A DNA stretch of 64,000 bases. It comes from Candidatus Gottesmanbacteria bacterium (lineage in GTDB: Bacteria > Patescibacteriota > Microgenomatia > UBA10105 > UBA927). A program made the translations under genes and the position numbers. The notes under the pieces are model-generated. The model was not told the DNA's origin. It did no database searches and saw only the letters and a list, made by a program, of their open reading frames with translations. The stretch is from NCBI GenBank assembly GCA_016214885.1, contig JACRMP010000037.1, positions 7,675 through 71,674 of the forward strand. The letters run 5' to 3'. Positions 56,058 through 64,000 of this stretch are shown here, piece after piece (position 1 is the first letter of the stretch; each line of letters opens with the position of its first letter).

Positions 56058-58519
56058 AAGTTTTTGCGGAAGAGCATTCTGTATGACGCGTCTTTCGTAA
56101 GATCTGTATTGTACTCAAGTACACCCGGTTTTGCAACTCCCGCCTCGCTAACGACCCCCCAACTTTGGGGATAAGCAATAACCGTTTGCCAGGGAAACTG
56201 CGCTACACCCGCCTGCTTCCTCAAGGTGAACTGAAACGTTCCCTGCCCCTTAAATGCGACCGCTCCGGGTCGCACCCATCTGATCGACAACTGACGTGTT
56301 TGCCGTGGTACAACGAGAAATGGCACATGTATCACCCGCTGATCTCCAATCTGTTCGTTAATCCAATATGGTGCTGGTGGAGGCACCACACTCCCCAAAT
56401 CCCGGATAGGAACTTCGACCCCATCAAGCGCAATTGACCGAACCTGCGCATCCGAAGGCATAACTAACCGCATGTAACTCTGATACCCTCCTCCCCCGCT
56501 TTCCTGTGCATGCGCACTATTCCGTATATTCATGGTCAATGTATGATCAATGTCGCCATTCTCCATAATTGCTATCTGCGAAACTGCTTCTTTTGTGACA
56601 AAAAAATTACTTTTATTAATACTGAGGTTCGCGTCAATAACTCCAACACCATCACCTACACAATCCATATCTTTATACGGAGCCTGACACTCCTGGATGG
56701 CAACTCCGCCATTCCACCCCCACTGGGTTACCAGCGATTGCAGCTCTGAGTCAGGAAAGTAAAACTGCAAATCACGCGCTTGAATGGATTGAGTCAAAAC
56801 AGAAAGCAAGCCACCTGCAGATAACGATGAGTCGGTAGTAATTCTCGTCAACACCGCACTGATCAGAGCCCCCAAAAAATCTTTCTTTTGGGTGCTACCG
56901 GGGAAAAAATCCGTTTCCGTATAAAGCAGGGACTTTGCAAAAAAATTGTTTTCTGAAATACGCTCATTAAAATCCAAAAGCTCAATTGGTCCTGTAATCC
57001 TGAGAAGCTGGGTCACCATAGGAAGACTCACGGCGATAACGCCGTCAACAGATTGGCCCAGTTCTTTTTCATAAAACCATGCTGCCATTGCTCCGCTCTT
57101 CTCGAAATCAGGATCCCAATTACTATCACGCAAATACCAATGTTCCTGCCCGATAATTTCGCGGATAGGAAGCGGTGGGTCAACATGTCCTTTCAGTTGC
57201 CCGTCGGCGGTATACACATCCTGTACCTCTAATACATCAACCTTGCCGTCTATAAATGATACAACTAATAAACTGCCGATAAATCCTCCGGTCGGACGAA
57301 GCTCCATGCTGTTTTGAAGAAGAACCAGATATGTCTGTTTTTTTCGAAACCCCGCTATCCTTGGATACAGAGTAAGAAGCCGATCGGTATATCCAACTAT
57401 TCCTCTAAGCTCTGTCAGCTTAATCAGCCCCTTCGACATGTACGTCGACACGGTCTTCGTTTGAAAAGGAAAACGCTGAGACTGCGATAATGAATTTAAC
57501 TGCGCGGATATAAGCGCGAGATGTTGGGAAACACGCGAAACCTCTGTCGCCAAATTAATTACGTCGGAAACTCCCGCTTTCTGTGTTTTATCGTCGGGAA
57601 ACAAAACGCCGGCAGCAACAACCTTACTTGTTTGAAAAATTGTCAGCACTCCTGTTTCCGTTGATGCAATTTGCGAAAGAATAGATAGCAGTCTGTCCTG
57701 GTCTTCAACAATTCCGCTTTGTCCAATAAGCAGAAGCAACGGAGACCCCAACGCCAACAATCCCCTCGACGCCTGTAAATAGGTGTTGCTGTACGCTATG
57801 AGCGGAGGAGTAAATCGGGTATTCCCATCGGTTAGTGTTTTTCCGCTTAACGCCAACAACGTTACCGTTGCCACTACGGATAATAAATAGAATATAAAAG
57901 GCAGCAATACCGAAAAAATTAATACGGTAATAACAACGCCGACCCGTTGTATATTCATACTATTACTCGGCCTTCCGAGAAATTCCTTTTGCTGATAAAT
58001 TTGCCGCATAGCACTATCAACCCGCACACGGTCATTCCTCCCCCTTTTCTCCATGTCAGGCGACGGCTCACGTGGCGGTTCATGTGGCATTACACTAGCC
58101 TTTCTGGGGGCGCTGGGCTCTTTTCGGGCGTTTATACTATTGGCTTTCCCTGTGAAAAAATACAAAAATATTTCCTGCACTTCCTTCGGCGTTAGTTGCC
58201 TGGCATCAATATAGTACTGTTTAACATTGTGTGACTTAAGTGAAATCAGATCCTTCTCATCCCCTTCGTATACAATTGCCAATTTTTTTGCATTCCCCCA
58301 TGAAGGAGCATCGAAAAAAGATTTCACGAAGTCAGTGTCACCTACCCCGATCACATACCAAGGAGCACTGTTTGTTTCACGATTCACCGCCACGCGACAG
58401 CCATTCTGTTCCAGATATTCCCGCAAGGGTTGGACCCATGAAACATCCTGCGCCTGTATACGGGCCGATGGCGCGTTCGATTCAGCACTATCATTTGTAA
58501 ATTGAGCAGATGAGGTCAT
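56054..58519 (-). CDS. large membrane-anchored hypothetical protein
   Basis: 821 aa: an ~190-aa cytoplasmic N-terminus, 1-2 TM helices (VVITVLIFSVLLPFIFYLLSVVATVTLLAL), and a ~600-aa extracytoplasmic domain. Confidence 0.55.
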   Translation of the reverse strand: MTSSAQFTNDSAESNAPSARIQAQDVSWVQPLREYLEQNGCRVAVNRETNSAPWYVIGVGDTDFVKSFFDAPSWGNAKKLAIVYEGDEKDLISLKSHNVKQYYIDARQLTPKEVQEIFLYFFTGKANSINARKEPSAPRKASVMPHEPPREPSPDMEKRGRNDRVRVDSAMRQIYQQKEFLGRPSNSMNIQRVGVVITVLIFSVLLPFIFYLLSVVATVTLLALSGKTLTDGNTRFTPPLIAYSNTYLQASRGLLALGSPLLLLIGQSGIVEDQDRLLSILSQIASTETGVLTIFQTSKVVAAGVLFPDDKTQKAGVSDVINLATEVSRVSQHLALISAQLNSLSQSQRFPFQTKTVSTYMSKGLIKLTELRGIVGYTDRLLTLYPRIAGFRKKQTYLVLLQNSMELRPTGGFIGSLLVVSFIDGKVDVLEVQDVYTADGQLKGHVDPPLPIREIIGQEHWYLRDSNWDPDFEKSGAMAAWFYEKELGQSVDGVIAVSLPMVTQLLRITGPIELLDFNERISENNFFAKSLLYTETDFFPGSTQKKDFLGALISAVLTRITTDSSLSAGGLLSVLTQSIQARDLQFYFPDSELQSLVTQWGWNGGVAIQECQAPYKDMDCVGDGVGVIDANLSINKSNFFVTKEAVSQIAIMENGDIDHTLTMNIRNSAHAQESGGGGYQSYMRLVMPSDAQVRSIALDGVEVPIRDLGSVVPPPAPYWINEQIGDQRVIHVPFLVVPRQTRQLSIRWVRPGAVAFKGQGTFQFTLRKQAGVAQFPWQTVIAYPQSWGVVSEAGVAKPGVLEYNTDLTKDASYRMLFRKNL

Positions 58520-58649
58520 AGAAGGGGTTAACTACCGTTAACTGTATTATGACAAACAGCCGCACCGAAAACAACTGAAGCGATTAGACGTAAACGTGTA
58601 ATCACACGGATACATCACATGAGGCAGCATGGCTGGTGTGGGAATTGGA

Positions 58650-59096
58650 TCAGGATTCGTCAAGCGCTTTGTTCACCTGGAAATCGGCCGCGCTATTTTG
58701 TTCACGGGGTACCGCACCATAAGTAACATTTATCCCTAACTCCGATTCCAACGACCGCACTTTCATAAGCAGGTCGCGCAGGTGGGGCTGTTTAATTTTA
58801 TAGAGACCATTTAACTGGTTTACAACCAACGTTGAATCGAGATAAAAACTAACCGTTGAGCCGCTGTAATTTTTTCCGCTGTCTCGCAAATAAGTTAATG
58901 CTTCAACGACCGCTGTGTACTCTGCGGTATTATTAGTCCCCTCCCCTATTCGTTTACCAAAAGCGGCAATAAGCTTTTTATTTTTTTCGCCGCAATTACG
59001 AGGTGAAGCGCACGTACACTCTTCTATCACTACCCCGATACCGGAGGGGCCCGGATTACCTCTTGCTCCTCCATCGGTATGAATAACTAACTGCAT
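58650..59096 (-). CDS. rnhA: ribonuclease HI
   Basis: IHTDGGARGNPGPSG ... NNTAEYTAVVEAL motifs. Start at MQLVIH, preceded by AAAGGGGGATAGT. Confidence 0.8.
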   Translation of the reverse strand: MQLVIHTDGGARGNPGPSGIGVVIEECTCASPRNCGEKNKKLIAAFGKRIGEGTNNTAEYTAVVEALTYLRDSGKNYSGSTVSFYLDSTLVVNQLNGLYKIKQPHLRDLLMKVRSLESELGINVTYGAVPREQNSAADFQVNKALDES

Positions 59097-59212
59097 ACTA
59101 TCCCCCTTTATTAAATTCCATGGGCTAACGCCCATGATTTCTATAAAACTGATGAATTTCTCTCACCCCCTCCGCTGGCTGGCGGATGCGGACGATCATT
59201 CATCCGCGAGCT

Positions 59213-60520
59213 TTAGCTCATGGTTTTCTGATCGGTCAAATAAACACGCGGCAAAACATAAAATGACGTGGCGACCAGAACAAAAAACTCTGATCCAACG
59301 GTTATCCACGCCGCCGCCATATAACCGTATACCGGTATTAATACAATATTACCTATGATATTGGCAAGCATCGCTATACCGTGAATGATTAGCAATGCGA
59401 CTAGCTGTTTTTGCGCAATAATAAACCACATAAATAAAGCTGACACAAAAAAAATAGGAAGCCCAATAATCAATACGCGGAGTGGAGCCACACTTGCTGC
59501 AAAATCGGGTCGGACAAACGTCACAAGTGGGGCTGCAAACCATAACCCCAGAATAAGAGTAAGTGAACTCAGCAACAAAAACTGCAACGACCGAATAAAA
59601 ATAACCCGCTGTCCGCCGGGGTTACCTCCTTGTGCCTGCAAAAGCAAAGGGTATACAGCATTCATAAAAAAAATTGGGACGACAAGCGGAAGCTCGAAAA
59701 CTTTATATGCTAATCCATAAATACCTACCTCCTCGGTAGACCGGCTGAGCGCGAGGATGACACTGTCAGAGTGGAAGTATATAAGATTAAAAACAAGAGC
59801 CAACCCGAGTGGTGCACTTTCATTAAGTAATCCCAAAAATTGCCCAACGTTAAATGTCGGACGTATTACCGGTAACTTACGCTGAACAAGATACAAGGCA
59901 ACAATGGCAGTCGCCAAACTACCCATAAAAACAGAAACAACACCGAGCAGGGGTCCGCTTATGGGGGATAGAATCGTCAGCACTAAGGCGGTTGTGACCA
60001 AAAAAAATGACCCCACATTTTGTGCATTCGTAGAATAGTCATAGCGCAGCATCTTCTGAAACAACGCGTTGGTTGTCGTCGTTATCGCTTGGGCAATAAT
60101 AACCGGAACAAGCAAAATAATACCCAGGCGCACCAGGGGAGTATATCCCTGACCTAGGGTATGGGGGAAAAACGAAAGTATGACAAGCGCCACAACCACC
60201 AAGACCGCGCTTACGACAAGCCGCAATCCTAACAGAAGCCGCCACTGATCGGATGAAGTTTTGGATAGTGCGCCGTTTTTAGTAACAGTGCGCTGAAGAT
60301 AGACCGCATTAAGCCCAAAATCTGCAAGAAGATAAAAAAATCCGACGTACGTTGTTATTTTTACAAAATCCCCATAGCCCTCAGGACCAAATTTCTGAGC
60401 AATAAGAAGACTGACAATAACAATGGTAACCGAACTTACAATCCGTCCGATAAGCTGACTTACGGTGTTCCCGGCGATGACTCTCCGTAACGACCCCTTA
60501 GGAAACCAATCTTTCAACAT
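59213..60520 (-). CDS. polysaccharide/oligosaccharide flippase (Wzx/MOP superfamily)
   Basis: 435 aa with ~12 TM helices. Confidence 0.6.
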   Translation of the reverse strand: MLKDWFPKGSLRRVIAGNTVSQLIGRIVSSVTIVIVSLLIAQKFGPEGYGDFVKITTYVGFFYLLADFGLNAVYLQRTVTKNGALSKTSSDQWRLLLGLRLVVSAVLVVVALVILSFFPHTLGQGYTPLVRLGIILLVPVIIAQAITTTTNALFQKMLRYDYSTNAQNVGSFFLVTTALVLTILSPISGPLLGVVSVFMGSLATAIVALYLVQRKLPVIRPTFNVGQFLGLLNESAPLGLALVFNLIYFHSDSVILALSRSTEEVGIYGLAYKVFELPLVVPIFFMNAVYPLLLQAQGGNPGGQRVIFIRSLQFLLLSSLTLILGLWFAAPLVTFVRPDFAASVAPLRVLIIGLPIFFVSALFMWFIIAQKQLVALLIIHGIAMLANIIGNIVLIPVYGYMAAAWITVGSEFFVLVATSFYVLPRVYLTDQKTMS

Positions 60521-60551
60521 GGGGTCATTGTAGCAGAAAAGCTATAATGTA

Positions 60552-61850
60552 TTACGTCCGCCGTCCTAAAAATAAGGAAAGACAAAGGGTAAAAAGTAGT
60601 TGGCCCTGCTGAAGCGTCACCGGGTAATGATCAACAAATCCCAATAGATACATCCCTACAACAGGGAACAGTAGCACCACGTAATCACTTCGCAAAGCAC
60701 CGGGATGAAAAAACATTTGCATTAGCCTCTGTCTAAATAGCAAAAGAATCAGCAAAATGCCGAACACACCCATTAATCCGGTTTCCGCAAACCATAACAT
60801 ATATATATTATGAACTGGCTGTAAGAAGTTGCCGGCTCTGTTGGAAAAAACGCCGGGTAACGAAACAAGAAAATTTCCAAGCCCTACGCCGGTAATCGGA
60901 GAATACTGCCAAATAGCAACTGCTGACCGTTGTAATTCCTGACGTCTTACTATCGACTCGTCAGACGCCGCAGGAAAAAACAATATGAGGGTGATAACAA
61001 AAAAACAAACAAGCAGCAGGGGACTGATGTACTGCTTTATGAAAGAAAATGAGGTATCCAAAGATGCTTTCTTCCGAAGTATGGCATAGGATACGCCGCC
61101 GGCAAGCAGACCGACAAACCAGGCGCTTCTACTAAACGATATAAATAAGCCGATAAGCGCCACCAATACAACGGCAGTAGTAAGCCAGCGATTTTTTTTG
61201 TTATATACCAACGGGTAAACAAGATAGGGAAGTGTAACCGCAAGAAACCCCCCCAACACGTTTGGGTGTGGGAAGGTCGCATAAGGACGAACCAACATCC
61301 TGCAGGAATATTCATTGGGTAAACAAAGGGTAAACCGCGCCACTCCGGGCGTGTCCAAAACAAACGTCCGTTCGCCAATTACCCAGAATACTCCGCCTAA
61401 TGAATGCTGAAGAATAAATTGCCAAATGGCAAGTAAAGATGAAATCACTACAGCAATACTGATAGGTAATAGTATTGTAGATACCTTTACCCTTGAATGG
61501 ATAATATACCAACCCAAGCACAGATACTCGATGACTTTTGCCCATTTGTAAATAGCAATCTGCGGACTCTTTGCAAAATATATATTAATGAAGATAAGTG
61601 CCACGACGGCAATACCTATGCCGATAGACTTCCATGTGGGTAAATACAAAATCTGACGACGCTTTGGTAAACTTTCATGCCCCCAATAAATGAGAGTAAG
61701 AATAATAAGTATATCGGTGAAATAAATAGTCGGAGACAAATAATCTATGCGCCTACCCAACACATATGACCACTCAGGCCATACATGTAACCCTAGTTGT
61801 GTAGGAAGAAAAACTATGAGAAGAAAAAATAATTTCCTGTGGATTGCCAT
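60552..61850 (-). CDS. O-antigen ligase/polymerase-like (Wzy/WaaL family) membrane protein
   Basis: 432 aa, polytopic, with the large periplasmic loop typical of the family. Confidence 0.5.
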   Translation of the reverse strand: MAIHRKLFFLLIVFLPTQLGLHVWPEWSYVLGRRIDYLSPTIYFTDILIILTLIYWGHESLPKRRQILYLPTWKSIGIGIAVVALIFINIYFAKSPQIAIYKWAKVIEYLCLGWYIIHSRVKVSTILLPISIAVVISSLLAIWQFILQHSLGGVFWVIGERTFVLDTPGVARFTLCLPNEYSCRMLVRPYATFPHPNVLGGFLAVTLPYLVYPLVYNKKNRWLTTAVVLVALIGLFISFSRSAWFVGLLAGGVSYAILRKKASLDTSFSFIKQYISPLLLVCFFVITLILFFPAASDESIVRRQELQRSAVAIWQYSPITGVGLGNFLVSLPGVFSNRAGNFLQPVHNIYMLWFAETGLMGVFGILLILLLFRQRLMQMFFHPGALRSDYVVLLFPVVGMYLLGFVDHYPVTLQQGQLLFTLCLSLFLGRRT

Positions 61851-61976
61851 TACGGCTATTATAGCAAGAGAACAATAATTAACGGCTTATTGTTCGTTAT
61901 CGCAGCGATATACTGCCCACCGACCGTATTAGTTTTTGAAAGGGGTAAATAAAACGCTGCAGAACTAGACGGTATT

Positions 61977-62441
61977 TTATACTGCGTCTTCCAATTTTGG
62001 CTTAACAAGAAGCACCCGCTCATCACCCTCGCCGGATGATTCGGTGATGATGCGTTCATCACCTGACAAAGTTAGATGGATTATTCTCCGCTCAGCAGGG
62101 GACAAGCGGGAAAGTTCAACTGGTCTGCCTGATGCAAGCGCCCGTTCGGCTGCGCGCTGTGCCATATGCATAAGCGCTTCCTCACGTTTCTCGCGGTAAT
62201 CGCCGACGTTAACGTATGTCTTTACCCAACGGCCAAGTTTTTTGGACACAATAATTCCCAGTATTACCTGAAGGCTTTCCAGCGTTTTTCCGTGATGCCC
62301 GATTAACAACCCCGTCTCTTCAGTGCTGATATTTACACGGAACGCATCGGTTTCATCGGTGGTAACCGTAACAGTTCCCACTATTTCCAGCTTACCCAAT
62401 AGTTCTTCTGCGATACTTGTGACGGCTTGTATATCATCCAT
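61977..62441 (-). CDS. jag: Jag/KhpB-type RNA-binding protein (KH + R3H domains)
   Basis: C-terminal R3H (ERRIIHLTLSGDERIITESSGEGDERVLLV). Lies immediately downstream of yidC. Confidence 0.75.
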   Translation of the reverse strand: MDDIQAVTSIAEELLGKLEIVGTVTVTTDETDAFRVNISTEETGLLIGHHGKTLESLQVILGIIVSKKLGRWVKTYVNVGDYREKREEALMHMAQRAAERALASGRPVELSRLSPAERRIIHLTLSGDERIITESSGEGDERVLLVKPKLEDAV

Positions 62442-62442
62442 A

Positions 62443-63246
62443 TTATTTCTCCTTATTTATCTGGAGTTGTTGCATAATACCAAAAAGTCCGAAAACGTTC
62501 CAGTAGAGAGCTAAACCGAGCGGAAACTGGTAAGCGAAAATTCCGAACATGATGGGAGTAATCATCGCCATCTGCTTCTGCATTTCCGCTGCCGTATCTT
62601 CAGGCTTCTTCTCATCTTTGCCACTTACGACCAGCTTCTTTGTCGCCTCTGTCGGACTCACCTGCGGCATCATCAGCTTGCTCTGCCACCACTGAAGTCC
62701 TGCAGTAATAACCGGAATAAGCAGGAGCCAATACCCGTCTGACTGCCACTGGCTTGGCTTTATCCCGAGATTCGTACCAAAAAAAGATAAATCAAGCGTG
62801 CCGATTTTAAGAACGGGGGAGTACACCACCTGATTTATTTCCTGTGTCAGTTTAACAAGGTCACCGTTTTGCAGCACCTGATAAAACACGTTATAGAGTG
62901 CAATAAGCACCGGCATCTGGACAAGAAGGGGGAGGCAACCGGCAGCAGGATTTATGTTGTGCTGTTTATATAAATCCATTTGTGCCTGTTGAAGTGCTTT
63001 TTTATCATCTTTGTGTTTTACATTTATAGCATCGAGGTGCGGCTTGAGCTGCTGCATTTTCTTGGCTGATTTCATTTGCGCGGCCATAAGAGGATAAAGG
63101 ATGAGTCGTATAACTACGGTAAGCCCGATCACGGCAAAACCCAAAGGACCCGGAATATGCATCCATTCAAAAAACTTATACAGCGCGACAAGAAGGTTAA
63201 TAATGGGCCACACGAGTAACTGGTTCCAAAGAGTAGGGTTGATCAT
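62443..63246 (-). CDS. yidC: membrane protein insertase YidC (short Gram-positive/CPR type)
   Basis: Five TM core and a conserved PLGLALYWNV-like C-terminal region. Confidence 0.85.
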   Translation of the reverse strand: MINPTLWNQLLVWPIINLLVALYKFFEWMHIPGPLGFAVIGLTVVIRLILYPLMAAQMKSAKKMQQLKPHLDAINVKHKDDKKALQQAQMDLYKQHNINPAAGCLPLLVQMPVLIALYNVFYQVLQNGDLVKLTQEINQVVYSPVLKIGTLDLSFFGTNLGIKPSQWQSDGYWLLLIPVITAGLQWWQSKLMMPQVSPTEATKKLVVSGKDEKKPEDTAAEMQKQMAMITPIMFGIFAYQFPLGLALYWNVFGLFGIMQQLQINKEK

Positions 63247-63497
63247 AAATAGTATTTAGTGGGAACGGGATCCATTCCGCCCTTTGCCCAAGGATGGCAC
63301 CGGAGTATCCGAAGCATCCCTAACCACAATCCGTAGATTATACCATAGCGGCTAATGGCTTGATACATATATTCACTGCAGGTTGGCCGGTATCGGCATG
63401 CGCTATCAACAAGCCAAAGAGACTTAAGGATTCCTGTGTCAGGCGAAAGATATCGCTGATACCAGCGGATTGAAGCAAGCAATAGTTGTTTGATCAT
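63243..63497 (-). CDS. yidD: membrane protein insertion efficiency factor YidD
   Basis: CRYRPTCSEY...RCHPW signature. Confidence 0.85.
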   Translation of the reverse strand: MIKQLLLASIRWYQRYLSPDTGILKSLWLVDSACRYRPTCSEYMYQAISRYGIIYGLWLGMLRILRCHPWAKGGMDPVPTKYYL

Positions 63498-63829
63498 AGT
63501 GTTAGTAGCCCGGCCTTGCCAAACAGGGCAAAAAGTACGGGTTTCATCGTGACATAGGTCTCGGATGTTTTGGCTTTCACCACAACAACTGCATCAACGC
63601 AGTCGGCAATATGCGGCAATTCCCGGTGAACGACCTCACGGATCAACCGTTTTATTCGGTTTCTTACCGCCGCTCGTTTATCTACTTTTGTCGAAACAAT
63701 AAAGGCAAACCGTTTACCACCCTGATTTTTTTGGAAAATAATTTCCATTGATTCATTGCGCACCCGTTTGCCATGGCGCATGAGAGGAGCAATATGTATG
63801 GAAGGAAGACGCAGTTCTTTTGGAAGCAT
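63494..63829 (-). CDS. rnpA: RNase P protein component
   Basis: Start at MLPKELRL and the RnpA basic motif VRNRIKRLIRE. It overlaps the yidD start by 4 nt. Confidence 0.85.
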   Translation of the reverse strand: MLPKELRLPSIHIAPLMRHGKRVRNESMEIIFQKNQGGKRFAFIVSTKVDKRAAVRNRIKRLIREVVHRELPHIADCVDAVVVVKAKTSETYVTMKPVLFALFGKAGLLTL

Positions 63830-63836
63830 GAAAAAA

Positions 63837-63974
63837 TTAGACGGTAAGTTTTTTCCGTCCCGTCGCACGGCGGCGCTTAAGCACCAGTCTCCCTTTGACG
63901 GTTTTCATTCGCTCACGGAATCCGTGAGTTCGTTTTCTCTTAAGTTTTTTCGGCTGGTATGTCCGTTTTGGCAT
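63837..63974 (-). CDS. rpmH: 50S ribosomal protein L34
   Basis: Reverse-strand translation is [45 protein letters not shown]. This ORF is missed by the supplied ORF track. Confidence 0.9.
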   Translation of the reverse strand: MPKRTYQPKKLKRKRTHGFRERMKTVKGRLVLKRRRATGRKKLTV

Positions 63975-64000
63975 ACATATAGTATATCGAATTAACCGGC

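Noticed and set aside
1-64000. CRISPR arrays, or IS/transposase genes
   Set aside because: No regularly spaced direct repeats and no transposase or Cas-like motifs (DDE, HNH/RuvC) were recognised on reading through. The only recombinase is the XerC/D-like gene.

Overview
This is a gene-dense, mostly minus-strand bacterial chromosomal window of about 50% GC that reads under the standard genetic code. Its gene content points, by inference only, to a small-genome bacterium of the Patescibacteria/CPR type. The evidence is an archaeal-type UMP kinase, an ATP-dependent DNA ligase, TrpB2, an EndoQ-like PHP protein, short aminoacyl-tRNA synthetases, weak or absent Shine-Dalgarno sequences on many genes, and a 23S rRNA that is not linked to a 16S gene.

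Recognisable content falls into these blocks:
- The window opens with the 5' end of a 23S rRNA and a tRNA-Ala(UGC), both on the minus strand.
- A copper homeostasis locus carries CsoR, two cupredoxin-like proteins, a CopA P-type ATPase and a divergent CopZ plus membrane-cupredoxin fusion.
- A redox block encodes glutamate dehydrogenase, an FNR-like reductase, TrxB, Trx and a VKOR protein.
- Housekeeping genes include pth, recF, pyrH, ftsH, trpS, trpB2, valS, efp with epmA, rplY, rnhA, and the origin-proximal rpmH-rnpA-yidD-yidC-jag cluster.
- Two tRNA-Met(CAU) genes are present (one initiator-like, one elongator-like). One is followed by a putative FtsB/DivIC homologue and then a tyrosine recombinase.
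- Cell-envelope glycosyltransferases, a Wzx flippase and a Wzy-like protein are present.

The most striking region is an ~11 kb co-directional cluster at 839..11862, directly downstream of gdh. It holds 14 genes with no recognisable homology. They are organised as repeated modules of a small helical protein followed by a larger glycine-zipper protein, with two small-protein paralog families. The modules flank a central atypical 740-aa ABC-ATPase fusion protein, and the cluster ends at an intrinsic terminator. I flag this as a candidate undescribed system.

Other notable items are a probable T-box (Val GUC specifier) leader upstream of valS, a perfect 12-bp hairpin between trpB2 and a TrpRS fused to a C-terminal tRNA-binding domain, efp-epmA without an obvious epmB, and a canonical-motif Fic protein next to the DNA ligase.
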